From the NCBI GenBank assembly GCA_044229845.1, contig JBGASG010000003.1, forward strand, positions 320,001 to 384,000: a stretch of 64,000 nucleotides of DNA. Direction: 5' to 3'. The number at the start of each line of letters is the position of its first letter. The first letter of the stretch is position 1. This DNA comes from Candidatus Obscuribacteraceae bacterium (GTDB lineage: Bacteria > Cyanobacteriota > Vampirovibrionia > Obscuribacterales > Obscuribacteraceae). Of this stretch, positions 36,918 to 47,374 are shown one piece after another. The notes below the pieces were generated by a model. It searched no databases and was not told where the DNA came from. It saw only the letters and a list, made by a program, of their open reading frames with translations. The position numbers and the translations under genes were made by a program.

Positions 36918-38009
36918 CTAAACAGGTTCAGGCGTTGTTGTTTGCGGGCGAATGTCGTCGTCCGTTTCGATGCTGCCTCCGGGCGGCGGAGCATCAGGAA
37001 GCGCATCAGGAGTGGTATCTATAGAAGTGATGCCGCTCGGCGGCTGTTTGGTCGGCACCACCGGCAGTTTATCTTGAGTGACCTCATTGCTGGCAGCACT
37101 GGCGCGAGCAGTATCACCCCTGGTGGCAGGCATGCGACGTCCGAACATAGACAGGAAGGAATGAAACGGCGTATCTTTGGCTCCAGAAGCCTCAACCGTG
37201 CCATGGTAATAGACATAGGAAAGCGGATCAGCCAGATCCTCGGCGGTATTGTATTTGACCAGCATGCCCCGGTTGGCGGCCGATATGGCACCAGTTTCTT
37301 CCGACACCACCACGCACAGTCCGTCGTAGACCTCGGAAAGTCCGATGGCCGCCCGGTGGCGCGTGCCATAGCGTTGACTGAGTTTTGGGGCTTCAGTCAT
37401 CGGCAAGATTACTCCGGCTGCCACGATTTTGTTTTGCCTGATGATCACGGCACCATCATGCAAAGGCGATGTCGGCAGGAAAATCGCCACCAGCAAAGGC
37501 GCCGAAACATCAGCATTGATGGTCGTCCCCGGGCTCAGGTAATCGCGCTCACCTTCCGGTGGTTCAATCACGATCAGGGCACCGGTTTTGGTGCGCGCCA
37601 ACTCACGCACCGCTGAGATGATCTGTTTGATGACAGCGGCACCACGCTCCTTATCGCTTTCACCCAGCGAAAGATCTACTCGGAATGCCGATTTCCCGAG
37701 ATAGCCCAGACCGCGCCGAATCTCTGGTTGAAACACGATCAGCAAGGCCAAAACAAAAACTGGAATCAACTGCTGGAGAACGGCCGTGATCAAAGTCAAA
37801 CCTGTCACCCATGACAGGATGCAGATGATGAAGAGTACCATGACGCCTTTGACGAGACGCTCAGCCTGTGTGCCTTTGATGCGCGACCAGATCCACATGG
37901 CCGCGTAGCCGATGATAATCAGCTCGAACGTTACTTTGATCAGTCCAACCCAATCAATAACGCGCGCGGCGCCCCAGAATCCGTTGAATTCGAGCCAGAC
38001 TTTGTCCAC
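36918..38009 (-). CDS. cdaA: Diadenylate cyclase CdaA with a Pro-rich C-terminal tail; start GTG 38009 or 38057
   Basis: Three TM helices, FQPEIRR.L, GALIVIE, PLHDGAVII, GTRHRAAIG, VSEETG. Confidence 0.93.
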   Translation of the reverse strand: MDKVWLEFNGFWGAARVIDWVGLIKVTFELIIIGYAAMWIWSRIKGTQAERLVKGVMVLFIICILSWVTGLTLITAVLQQLIPVFVLALLIVFQPEIRRGLGYLGKSAFRVDLSLGESDKERGAAVIKQIISAVRELARTKTGALIVIEPPEGERDYLSPGTTINADVSAPLLVAIFLPTSPLHDGAVIIRQNKIVAAGVILPMTEAPKLSQRYGTRHRAAIGLSEVYDGLCVVVSEETGAISAANRGMLVKYNTAEDLADPLSYVYYHGTVEASGAKDTPFHSFLSMFGRRMPATRGDTARASAASNEVTQDKLPVVPTKQPPSGITSIDTTPDALPDAPPPGGSIETDDDIRPQTTTPEPV

Positions 38010-38028
38010 AGATTTCCCTGTCAGAGCA

Positions 38029-39378
38029 TCAGAGCAGGCTTTCAGGCACGCGATCAAAACGCAGCAGGTCTTCGTCTGTCTCGCGGTCGATGATGATCTC
38101 CGCTTTGCCGTCTGCCACCAACACGCAGGCTGGGCGCCCGGTACGGTTATAGTTTGACGCCATACTGTAGTTGTAAGCGCCAGTGCCGAAGACAGCGATT
38201 AGATCACCGGTTTCTGCTTCAATATAGGTTTCTTCTATGATTATATCGCCCGACTCACAGTACTTGCCGGCCAGGGTCAGCGCCGGGACCGCGCCGGGGT
38301 GCGAAGACGCGCCATTCATGCGGTTGGCGACCGCAGCGGTATATTGCGCCTGGTAGGTTATCGGCCTCGGGTTATCAGCCATTCCACCATCGACCGCCAG
38401 ATGCACTGTGCCGTTGGGAAGGTGTTTCTTAAATCCGGCGCGATACAAGGTAACGCCCGCAGTGCCCACAATCGTCCGACCTGGTTCGACCAAGAGTTGC
38501 GGCAGCGGCTTGCCGCTTTGCTGGAAAGCGTCCTTCACCTTCGTCGCCACCGCCCGGCTCCACTCCTCGAGATCGGTAGGCCTATCTGAATCGACATAAG
38601 CGATCCCCAACCCGCCGCCCACGTCGAAAACGCTCAGTTGAAACCCCCACTTGTCCTGCAGGCGGTGAAAGCACTCGGCGACGACACGCAGGCTTTCCAA
38701 AAATGGACCCATTTCGTGCGACTGGCTACCGATATGGGCATGCAACCCAATCAAGCTGAGCGACCCACCCGCTTCTTTGATGCGCTGAGCGACTGCGTCC
38801 AGTTGTTCCGGCGCCAGACCGAACTTGCTGCCGGCGTGTCCGGTTTTGATGTGCTTATGCGTATCGGGCTCGACATCGGGAGTCAGACGCAAAAGGACAT
38901 TGGCAGTCTTGCCCAAACCGGCTGCCACCGAGGCGACCAGAGCTACTTCCGGCAAGCTGTCTACGACAATGCGCACATCGCCATAACTGAGCCCTTCGCG
39001 AATTTCCTTCTCCGACTTGTTGTTGCCGTGCATGTAGATCAGCTGGGCAGGAAACTCCGCCTGCCTGGCTGTCAAAAGTTCGCCAGGGGAAACGACATCG
39101 AGTCCGGTTCCCAGTTTCTTCAGCAAATGGCACATAGCCAGACACAAGAACGCCTTGCCTGCATAGAGTATCTGGGCGTCGCCATACCCCGCCAGCCCGC
39201 GCCTGTAGGCGGCAACGGCCTCTTCAATGGTGCGGCGATCGAGCACATAGAGAGGGGTACCGAATTTTTCGGCCAGGTCCACGGTGTCGCAGCCGCCAAT
39301 CACCAGATGGTTTTGGGCATTGATCTGCGCCGAGGTAGGTTGAATGCTCGTGTTGGGGGATTGCACGCGCGCTGTCAT
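38029..39378 (-). CDS. lysA: Diaminopimelate decarboxylase
   Basis: GTPLYV, YAGKA, HGNNKS, SKFG, HAHIGSQ, GGGLG, EPGR, KYCESGD, GAYNYSMASNYN. Confidence 0.96.
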   Translation of the reverse strand: MTARVQSPNTSIQPTSAQINAQNHLVIGGCDTVDLAEKFGTPLYVLDRRTIEEAVAAYRRGLAGYGDAQILYAGKAFLCLAMCHLLKKLGTGLDVVSPGELLTARQAEFPAQLIYMHGNNKSEKEIREGLSYGDVRIVVDSLPEVALVASVAAGLGKTANVLLRLTPDVEPDTHKHIKTGHAGSKFGLAPEQLDAVAQRIKEAGGSLSLIGLHAHIGSQSHEMGPFLESLRVVAECFHRLQDKWGFQLSVFDVGGGLGIAYVDSDRPTDLEEWSRAVATKVKDAFQQSGKPLPQLLVEPGRTIVGTAGVTLYRAGFKKHLPNGTVHLAVDGGMADNPRPITYQAQYTAAVANRMNGASSHPGAVPALTLAGKYCESGDIIIEETYIEAETGDLIAVFGTGAYNYSMASNYNRTGRPACVLVADGKAEIIIDRETDEDLLRFDRVPESLL

Positions 39379-39546
39379 GAAGGTTACCGGGAAGAAGAGC
39401 CGGTATGGTAACACGCTGCGGTGGGCGCAGCCCCGGGGCTTGCCAACATTCTCGCAAATCGTCACAGGCAGCGGCGCGCGACAGTGATACCGCCTGTGAT
39501 ATCACAGCCGATTGACTGATTGAAATTATCCGGTCTCGGTCTGCAC

Positions 39547-40482
39547 TCAGGGCTGAATCGCGAATGTCTGCTGCGCTCTGGGCGCACTGGGCTGAGTTTT
39601 CCAACCGGCCGGCAGCAGTCCCAAAAGATGGGAGTAGGTGCTGATCGTCGGCAGGTAATCTGAGTGATAGACCAGGTCATCAACCGCTTGCAACTCCAGC
39701 ATTCTTTCCTGAAATCTCTGACGATCGGCCAGCCCGGTAAGGCTGAAGCTCAATCTCGTCAAACTCTCGAAGTCATCATCCATGAGCACGCAGGCCGAGA
39801 TCTGCACCGGAAACGACGCACCTTTGATGATGTTGTGAGCTGATTCCGGTTTGGGCTGCATCCAGCCGGTCGCTTCGTTGTAGACGCCGATGATTCTGCC
39901 TTGAGAGGCATAAACCACGGCCGCCATTTCGGCGGGTAAGGCACCAATCACAACGCATCCGGGTTTGCCGGCAGCGCAGACTTTGGCCAGAGCCCAGTCA
40001 AACTGCCAGTTGGCTTTCACTTTGGGAGGCGGTGGCAGTACCGTTCCATGAAAGAGGGCAGCGGTAGCCAGAGCCAGATCGTCCGGCAGCGGATAGAGAT
40101 CAACGAGATTGCCTCCGGTTGCCAGGTCGGCAACGGAGCACCGGTGGGCCTCGCAGTGCATGAACTGCCCGTTCTGTCCCTTTCGTCCATAGATGCAGCC
40201 AAGCACTCGGCCGCGGTAAATAAGGATGCCTGCACGCGACCGACGTTTGGGATTGATGACTTTCAAAACACCGGTCTTCTTGTTGCCTTCAAGGGTAATC
40301 AGCAACTGGTGATACTTGAGTCCGGTAGTGTTCACAACTTCTTGCTGCCCTGGAGCTGGGCTGGGGAGCAGATTAATGGCTCGACGACTGAGGGCGGTTT
40401 TGGAAGCTGTTTTCGCGGAGATGCTTTGAGCGAACTTTTTAGCGGTGTTCCAAACAATCATAATGCTTCTCCTTGAGACCAA
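39547..40482 (-). CDS. Hypothetical protein with tandem DUF4388/PATAN-like modules, paralog B
   Basis: LL.TLEGNKKTGVLKV....AGILIYRGRV.GC; clear full-length similarity to 40616-41527. Confidence 0.7.
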   Translation of the reverse strand: MVSRRSIMIVWNTAKKFAQSISAKTASKTALSRRAINLLPSPAPGQQEVVNTTGLKYHQLLITLEGNKKTGVLKVINPKRRSRAGILIYRGRVLGCIYGRKGQNGQFMHCEAHRCSVADLATGGNLVDLYPLPDDLALATAALFHGTVLPPPPKVKANWQFDWALAKVCAAGKPGCVVIGALPAEMAAVVYASQGRIIGVYNEATGWMQPKPESAHNIIKGASFPVQISACVLMDDDFESLTRLSFSLTGLADRQRFQERMLELQAVDDLVYHSDYLPTISTYSHLLGLLPAGWKTQPSAPRAQQTFAIQP

Positions 40483-40558
40483 GGCGATTGTCCAGAATGT
40501 TGTTCCATCTGCATCCTATCACGCAGCCACAGAGCCTGCTTAAGCATATCTGCAACAG

Positions 40559-40588
40559 AAAAACGAAGGCGGTGTTGCCACCGCCTTC
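40559..40588 (-). terminator. Rho-independent terminator between the two paralogs
   Basis: 10-bp stem GAAGGCGGTG/CACCGCCTTC with a 4-nt loop, followed by GTTTTT on the minus strand. Confidence 0.75.
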
Positions 40589-40615
40589 AGTATCACTTCT
40601 TATTTTGCTGCGCCG

Positions 40616-41527
40616 TTATGGCTGGATGGCAAACGTTTGTGTGCCCTTGGTGATTGGCGCCGTTTTCCAGCTGGCCGCAGTCAGTCCGCGCATTGCGGAG
40701 TAGGTGCTGACGGTCGGAATATAGTCCGACGAGTAGCCCATGTTGTCGATTTCGATCAATTGCGCCGGCATAAGCTGATAGCGGTCTCTGTCCGCCAAAC
40801 CGCTGAGGCTGACACTCATGCTGTCGACGGTTTCAACGCTGTCTACATCGAGAACGCTGGCCGACACCGATACCGATTGCTTGGCGGCGCGGATTATCTT
40901 GTGAGCCGACTCCTGATTGGGTTCAACCCAGCCTTTTTGAGCGCAGAACACGCCCATAATCTGTCCCTTCGCCACATACACCATGCTCTTCATTTCGGAG
41001 TCCGAGGTGCTGACTACGATGCAGCCTGGCTTTTGCGCTGCTTTCAGTTTGGTGAGGGCGGTGTCGAACTGAGCTTGACCGTCGCCCGATTGATTGATTT
41101 CCAGGACTTCGCCGTGGAAGAGCGAAGCGGCCGCCAGGACGATGTCTTCTGAAAGTTGATAGGCATCTACCAGGTTACCCGTGGTGGCAAGGTCAGAAAG
41201 AGTGGCTTCGTGGGCGTCACTTTGCATGACCTGCCCGTCCAGACCTTTTCTTCCGTACACGCAGCCGAGTACGCGTCCGCGATACATAAGGATGGCGGCT
41301 CGAGAACGGCGCTTGGGATTGACTACTTTTACGACGCCGGTGCGCTTGTTGCCTTCTAGTGTGACGAGCAACTGGTGATACTTGAGCCCGGTGGTCTGCA
41401 GGATTTCACGGTGTCCGGGAGCGGCGCTCGGGAGCATGTTGATGGCTCTGCGGCTCACACCAGTACCGTGGGTCTTGGTGAGGGATGTTACATCGTCCGA
41501 ATTTTTGGTCTTTTTCCAAACAAACAC
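40616..41527 (-). CDS. Hypothetical protein with tandem DUF4388/PATAN-like modules, paralog A
   Basis: Shares RRAIN.LPS.APG, TTGLKYHQLL.TLEGNK.TG, SL.GLADR.R and QTFAIQP with paralog B. Confidence 0.72.
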   Translation of the reverse strand: MFVWKKTKNSDDVTSLTKTHGTGVSRRAINMLPSAAPGHREILQTTGLKYHQLLVTLEGNKRTGVVKVVNPKRRSRAAILMYRGRVLGCVYGRKGLDGQVMQSDAHEATLSDLATTGNLVDAYQLSEDIVLAAASLFHGEVLEINQSGDGQAQFDTALTKLKAAQKPGCIVVSTSDSEMKSMVYVAKGQIMGVFCAQKGWVEPNQESAHKIIRAAKQSVSVSASVLDVDSVETVDSMSVSLSGLADRDRYQLMPAQLIEIDNMGYSSDYIPTVSTYSAMRGLTAASWKTAPITKGTQTFAIQP

Positions 41528-41995
41528 TGCTTCTTCTCCCTAAAACCGCTCTACCGAATGTCCAGAACGTCCCTGTTGGGTGGTGGCTAAGCTGAAATTT
41601 ATCAAAGGAAGTGCCCACAGTCACTGGGGGAATTACGTACCTATGATTAACCAGCTGGGGTGCAAATAGGCAGGACCAAGGTCCAAAAGCACCTAATCTC
41701 GCCGAACAGTCGCCAAACGATGTTGACTAGACCCGCGCGCGTATATATTAACGCCAAAAATTGCTGGTGAATCATCTGTTGGAGCAAATATGTATGGTGC
41801 CAGCCATTTTTAATGCCGCTTTTTGGGCGAGACGCCTGCTTTTTACCCCTTGTTAACTGTGTTTCACGTAAACAGGCTGCCGTTTTTGCCCACTTGCACC
41901 GTATGCGGTGCAGCGGCGAGCACTGTCGGCACCACGGGTGGTTCAGCAGCGGCAGATCGCCACCTTCGCCGGCATAAATGTACACGCCCGGCAGT

Positions 41996-42433
41996 TTATA
42001 CGGACAGTCCTCTGCCTGAGGGCAGAAACGCTGATGGCACGTGGGTGATGGCCAACCTGTCGAGTTGGCAATCTGACAGATCTCGCGCGGATTCGAACTC
42101 TACAAGCGCCACGTCAAAACGCATCTGGTGTCCTACCGGCAGATGATGGCTGGCGGCATAGCAGCGCGCCGATGTAACAATCTTTTGCTGTTTACGCCAA
42201 TTTATCGTCTCCGTCCCAGATTCAGGAAAACCGGCTGTCATGCGCCTCTTGCGTCTGGTCTTCACCTCCACGAAAACAAAGGTACCGAACTGGTCAAGCA
42301 AAATCAGATCGATCTCGCCAAAGCGTCCCCAGCGCCAGTTGCGCTCAAGCACGCTGTAGCCTTGAGTTTCCAAATAGCGGGATACCGCCTGTTCGCCCAG
42401 ACGCGCGATAGATTGGTTCCATAAGTTGCCCAT
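41996..42433 (-). CDS. YraN family (UPF0102) endonuclease-like protein
   Basis: GE..V.RYL...GY.VLERNWR...GEIDLI....VFVEVKTR...K.QKI...RFDV. Confidence 0.9.
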   Translation of the reverse strand: MGNLWNQSIARLGEQAVSRYLETQGYSVLERNWRWGRFGEIDLILLDQFGTFVFVEVKTRRKRRMTAGFPESGTETINWRKQQKIVTSARCYAASHHLPVGHQMRFDVALVEFESARDLSDCQLDRLAITHVPSAFLPSGRGLSV

Positions 42434-42499
42434 TTTTAGCCCTTCCTTGATAATGACCATCTATCTCTAATACGTTTCATACGATCAAAAGGTTCAATC

Positions 42500-43792
42500 A
42501 TGCTCGACCTGAAACTTCTCCGCGACCGTCCCGAAGAGCTGAAAAAGGCTCTCGCACGGCGCAATCCAGATTTAATTCCGCAGATTGAAGAAGTGATCAC
42601 TGTGGATGGTGAATATCGTCAAACGCTCTCTGAGTGGGAAACGGTAAGGTCGAGAAGCAATGAGATTTCGCAACTCTTCAAAACCTCAAAACAAGCGGAC
42701 GACCAAAAGGAAGCCCTGCGTCAGGAGACAAAGGGACTGAAAGTGCGCGAGAAAGAGCTCGAAGACGCCAAACGCCCACTTGAAGAAACACGCGATAAAC
42801 TCCTGCTTTCCATACCGAATCCGCCCGATGAGTCGGTGCCTGACGGTCCGGATGAAACCCACAACAAAGAGATCAAGCGCTGGGGCGAAATTCCCAAAAT
42901 CGCCAATCCCAGACCGCACTACGAAATCGGCACGGAACTGGGAATTTTCGATTTCGAGCGCGGGGTGAAAATCTCACAAAGCCGCTTCACTGTGCTGATG
43001 GATATGGGCGCAAAAATCGAACGCGCCCTCATGAACTTCATGCTCGACCTGCAAACCAAACGGGGTTACAGAGAGGTTTTTCCACCAATACTTGTAAATC
43101 GCGATTGCCTGCAAGGCACCGGACAGTTGCCTAAATTCGAGGGCGATTTCTACAAGACCGAGGAAGAAGATCTCTACCTGGTGCCAACGGCCGAAGTTCC
43201 ACTAACAAATCTCTATCGCGAAGAGATTCTCGATGAAGAGCACCTGCCTATCCACCACACGGCATACACACCGTGCTTCAGACGCGAAGCCGGTGCCGCT
43301 GGCAAAGATACGCGCGGTTATATTCGGCAGCATCAATTCAACAAAGTAGAACTGGTGAAGTTCTGCGTTCCCGAGAGATCCGACGACGAACACGAGAAGA
43401 TGACCCAAGATGCGGAGGCAGTGCTGGAAGCGCTTGGTCTGCCGTATCGACGCGTACTCTTGTGCACAGGCGACATGGGTTTTTCGGCTCGAAAATGCTA
43501 CGACATCGAAGTCTGGATGCCTGCTCAAGACAAGTATCGCGAAATCAGTTCCTGTTCGAATTGCGGTGACTTTCAGGCACGCCGCGCTAACCTGAAATAT
43601 CGCCCGAAAGACGGCGGCAAGCCGCGATTGGTGCACACGCTCAATGGCTCGGGGCTGGCGATCGGGCGCACTCTCTGCGCCATTTTAGAGAACGGGCAAC
43701 AGTCCGATGGTTCGGTGGTGATTCCGGATGCTCTGGTGTCTTACCTGGGCGGTGTCCAAATCCTGAAGAATCCGGCTCGCAACGGCGAATAA
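42500..43792 (+). CDS. serS: Serine--tRNA ligase
   Basis: MLDLKLLR, GTGQLPKF, LVPTAEVPL, CFRREAG, RQHQFNKVE, EISSCSNC.DFQARR, HTLNGSGLAIGR. Confidence 0.98.
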   Translation: MLDLKLLRDRPEELKKALARRNPDLIPQIEEVITVDGEYRQTLSEWETVRSRSNEISQLFKTSKQADDQKEALRQETKGLKVREKELEDAKRPLEETRDKLLLSIPNPPDESVPDGPDETHNKEIKRWGEIPKIANPRPHYEIGTELGIFDFERGVKISQSRFTVLMDMGAKIERALMNFMLDLQTKRGYREVFPPILVNRDCLQGTGQLPKFEGDFYKTEEEDLYLVPTAEVPLTNLYREEILDEEHLPIHHTAYTPCFRREAGAAGKDTRGYIRQHQFNKVELVKFCVPERSDDEHEKMTQDAEAVLEALGLPYRRVLLCTGDMGFSARKCYDIEVWMPAQDKYREISSCSNCGDFQARRANLKYRPKDGGKPRLVHTLNGSGLAIGRTLCAILENGQQSDGSVVIPDALVSYLGGVQILKNPARNGE

Positions 43793-44580
43793 TGCAGAAG
43801 CCGGGCAAGAAGCAGCGGCACGTCATGACCACGCACTACGTGCTCAGCTGGGCTTGTCTGCTCGCTGTCATCGCGGTGCTCGCCAGCGTCGGCTTTGACA
43901 TTGCCGTAGCGCAAAGTCACAGCTTGAACTCGCCGACACCAATCAAAGTCATCCAGTATATTTCCGACAACATCTTGCTCTGGCGGGCGACCTGCGCTCT
44001 GCATGCGCTTTCCACCATCATGTTCGTGTTCTTTTGCGTGGCGTTCGTGCAGACGCTGGAGCGCCGCTATCGCCCGCTCACTACTTTTGCACTGCTGCTG
44101 GTGGCAATTGCCGCCAGCTCATCGTTAACAGCCGAATTCAACTTACTGGTTCTGGCTTCGGACCTCGCCCGAGATCAGCTTAACGGACTCAATTACATGC
44201 CCGCCGACGCCTTCCAGTCAGCCTGGTTGATAATCGCGGGAGCAATCACACACTATATATTGATAGGCAACACATTAAACGGCATCGCCGGAATAATTTT
44301 GACCGGATGTTCGCTTGTGCACCGCAACTTCCCGAAAGCGCTTGCTTGGCTGGGACTGCCCGTCTGGGCGCTGACAATCGGCGCCAGCCTGGTTGGATCG
44401 ACCGGCCGACTGGAAATGGCGCTGCTCCTGATGGGGGCTGCGTCTCTAGCCTTCGTCGTCTGGTCGTCCTCAATAGGTATCGCCATGCCTTTCGTTGCGA
44501 AACAAAGGTTCGCGCCGGCCGTCGACAAATCTAGTGAGACAGAGACCATCACTGACACTCTGTCTCACCCACTACAGTAG
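43792..44580 (+). CDS. Multi-pass membrane protein (DUF4386-like)
   Basis: About six hydrophobic segments; FPKALAWLG motif; TAATG overlap with serS. Confidence 0.65.
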   Translation: MQKPGKKQRHVMTTHYVLSWACLLAVIAVLASVGFDIAVAQSHSLNSPTPIKVIQYISDNILLWRATCALHALSTIMFVFFCVAFVQTLERRYRPLTTFALLLVAIAASSSLTAEFNLLVLASDLARDQLNGLNYMPADAFQSAWLIIAGAITHYILIGNTLNGIAGIILTGCSLVHRNFPKALAWLGLPVWALTIGASLVGSTGRLEMALLLMGAASLAFVVWSSSIGIAMPFVAKQRFAPAVDKSSETETITDTLSHPLQ

Positions 44581-44634
44581 AGCCTATCCGAACGATGGCG
44601 GAAGGGCGGGATTTCTGCTGCACCACTTATGGTG

Positions 44635-45603
44635 CTAGTGCGATACCGCCAGCAAATCAGGATAGTCTTTCATCAATTGAAAAATCTCTTCGTCTTCGCC
44701 TCTGGCGATGCCGCTGGCCACCTGCATGACCACATCTTTGCCGGTGGCGTCGGTTGCCAGCGAGGCTTTATCGAATTGGGTTGCCATCGAGAAGAAGAGA
44801 ATCAAACCGTGATCGCGGGTTGCCAGAACCGATGCGGCTTCGGTGTTCTGTACGTTGACACAATTGACCACCAGATCGCAATCACCGACGAAGCTTATCA
44901 GCGCCTCGGCGTTGACTGCATCAAGCACGCTCAGACGATCGCTGAAGCCAAATTGTCTGATGCGCGCGAAGTTAGTCTCATTGACGTCGACACCGTATAT
45001 CTCTACATCGGGCTTGTACTTCTTGATGGTCGCCATAGCGGCTATGCCGGCATTGCCACAGCCGATAACCAACGCACGCGACATCGGGCGCCGCTCCAGC
45101 ACCACCCGTTTCACTTGCACAGCCAGACTGGCTATGTCGAGGGCTGTCGCCGCCAGACGCCAGTCCATGCCATCCGGCACCGGAGTAAAGTAATAGCTTT
45201 CGAACAAGACAGCCGTGCCGACAACATCGATTTGCTGCCCGTGCACTGCCCCGATGCTCTCCAGATGCAATGGAATTGCACTCAGAGACGTCCATGGCAC
45301 AATGGCTTTACCCTCGTATTCGGCCAGCAACACGCCACCGGAATTGGTGACCGGATTATGCATCTTGCCGCGCTGTTGCACAATTTCCCAGACGCGATCG
45401 GTGATTTTGGCTCCCGACTCGCTGATCTGCCGAGTGCTCGTCGAGTCAAGGTTGAGCAACTTGACCTGCACCAGTTTTTCGCTTGGGTGCAGTTGCTTAG
45501 GCGTATTGTCTACGCGCTCGGCCGCTTGCGGCACCACTCCGCGCGGTGCAATCACTCTGTGAAATCCATACCTGCTCATACTCGTCGCCGCCTTGACACT
45601 CAT
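44635..45603 (-). CDS. kdd: L-erythro-3,5-diaminohexanoate dehydrogenase-like protein
   Basis: YG.HRVI.P.GV.PQ.A...DN, LNLDS.S..QI, IV..RGKMHNPVT.SGG, SLS..PL, A.LD.A, FFSMAT.F..A.L. Confidence 0.8.
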   Translation of the reverse strand: MSVKAATSMSRYGFHRVIAPRGVVPQAAERVDNTPKQLHPSEKLVQVKLLNLDSTSTRQISESGAKITDRVWEIVQQRGKMHNPVTNSGGVLLAEYEGKAIVPWTSLSAIPLHLESIGAVHGQQIDVVGTAVLFESYYFTPVPDGMDWRLAATALDIASLAVQVKRVVLERRPMSRALVIGCGNAGIAAMATIKKYKPDVEIYGVDVNETNFARIRQFGFSDRLSVLDAVNAEALISFVGDCDLVVNCVNVQNTEAASVLATRDHGLILFFSMATQFDKASLATDATGKDVVMQVASGIARGEDEEIFQLMKDYPDLLAVSH

Positions 45604-45726
45604 GTTCGTTTCCTTGTTCCGCGTGCTGCAATTGCATCACACTGTAGTCCACATGGGCGCGGGTTTAAATTATTCTCTCCCCTTTGAGTCTGGCATGGTC
45701 ACGCCGGAATGCGCTAACTTAGGCGC

Positions 45727-46869
45727 GTGGAAAGACCTCACTGGCTGATCGCAGGAGCCGGCATCGGCGGGCTGACCTTGGGTGCAGCCCTGTCCAAGGC
45801 AGGTCACAGCTTTACTATCTTTGACCAACAGCAGGGTCCGACTGCGCTCGGCGCGGGCATCGCCATGGCACCAAATGCGATGAACGCCCTCTCGACGCTT
45901 GACCTGGCAGACAGCGTCAGACAGAGCGGTGAGGTTATTCGCACCACCAGGCTGCTGTCTGACAAAGGACGCTCATTGCTGACCGAGATCGATCTGGGCT
46001 TTCTAGAGCGTCAGTACGGATGCCTGCCGGTTGCCATTCACCGCAAAGCACTGCTCACTGCATTGCTCGCCCGCGCCGGCGAATCAAACGTCAAGTACGG
46101 ATACAGATTGATTGGCACAGATCAATCGCCGACTTCTATCACCGCCCAGTTTGAAAATGGCGAACAGTCTGCGGGTTCCGCGCTGATAGGCGCAGATGGC
46201 ATTCACTCACAGGTGGCGCGATCGGTTGTCGGACAGCAAGCTTTGAATTACCAGGGATTCGTCGCCTGGCGGGCTATCGCTCCCAATCGCAACCAACTGG
46301 TGGCGCGCGGCACCACCACACAAATCTGGGGACCAGGCACCGTATTTGGCGTTGCCCCAGTCAACGAAGAATCCATTTACTGGTACGGCACTTGCCTGGC
46401 ACCAGCGGACTTTGCCGGCCAAGCAACCCGCGAAGATGCTCTCAAACACTTCGCCGACTGGGAAGCGCCGGTAGCGGAGATTATTCGTTCGACACCGGTA
46501 GAGTCGATACTTTGTCATGCAATCTACGACCATGACACCCTCGCGTCCTGGTGCAAAGGGCGCATCGCTTTGCTTGGCGATGCAGCACACGCCATGCCGC
46601 CCAATCTGGGACAAGGCGGCGCGCAAGCGATTCTTGACGCGGTGTCGCTCGCCAATCAGATCGACCGCAACCCTGATTTTCAGTCGGCATTCGCCGCGTA
46701 TGAGAAAGACCGCCTGCAGTCAGCCAACAGCATGGTTGAAAAATCGCGGCGCGCCGCGCGCACGGATCACTTGAGCAATCCGCTATTCTCGTTCGGCAGA
46801 GACATGGTGATCAAGCTGACACCAACATTCCTGCTGGAGAAACTCCTGCGTCCTCCGGCTCACAACTGA
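45727..46869 (+). CDS. FAD-dependent monooxygenase (class A)
   Basis: GAGIGGL, LIGADGIHS, LLGDAAHAM.PNLGQG. Confidence 0.92.
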   Translation: MERPHWLIAGAGIGGLTLGAALSKAGHSFTIFDQQQGPTALGAGIAMAPNAMNALSTLDLADSVRQSGEVIRTTRLLSDKGRSLLTEIDLGFLERQYGCLPVAIHRKALLTALLARAGESNVKYGYRLIGTDQSPTSITAQFENGEQSAGSALIGADGIHSQVARSVVGQQALNYQGFVAWRAIAPNRNQLVARGTTTQIWGPGTVFGVAPVNEESIYWYGTCLAPADFAGQATREDALKHFADWEAPVAEIIRSTPVESILCHAIYDHDTLASWCKGRIALLGDAAHAMPPNLGQGGAQAILDAVSLANQIDRNPDFQSAFAAYEKDRLQSANSMVEKSRRAARTDHLSNPLFSFGRDMVIKLTPTFLLEKLLRPPAHN

Positions 46870-46914
46870 ACTCCACTAAACTGGGCATGCGTCGCAATGC
46901 GAGGTTGAAGCTGA

Positions 46915-47358
46915 ATGAAACTCGTCTATCTGATAGCACTGGCGGCAGGAACGTTCTCGGCGTTGCAGAGTGCGGTAAACACACGCCTCTCGCAATATGT
47001 CGGCGGTCCCGTCATGTCTGCGACGATTTCCGTGCTGATCACAACTGTTTGTTTGATCATCACAACTTTGATCACGCGAGCGCCGCTGCCCACCGCCTCG
47101 GCACTCAGTGCGGCTCCCTGGTGGTCGTGGGCGGGCGGCATTATCGGGGCAGCGTTTCTGGTGACAGTCATTTTCGCAATTCAAGGGCTGGGCGTGGCGG
47201 GAGCTATTTCCCTGGTGATGGCGGCGCAAATCGTCACTTCGATCATCCTCGACCAGCTAGGGGTGCACGGCGGCACGCCGGTTCCATTCACAATCTGGCG
47301 CGGAGTCGGAGCAGTCCTTTTAATTGCGGGCGTCTGGCTAATCAACCGGCAAGGATAA
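46915..47358 (+). CDS. DMT-family transporter (YdcZ/DUF606)
   Basis: AG....LQ.AVN.RL, PWW.W.GG..GA, AQI..S..LD..G. Confidence 0.88.
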   Translation: MKLVYLIALAAGTFSALQSAVNTRLSQYVGGPVMSATISVLITTVCLIITTLITRAPLPTASALSAAPWWSWAGGIIGAAFLVTVIFAIQGLGVAGAISLVMAAQIVTSIILDQLGVHGGTPVPFTIWRGVGAVLLIAGVWLINRQG

Positions 47359-47374
47359 GGATACAAACCATCAA

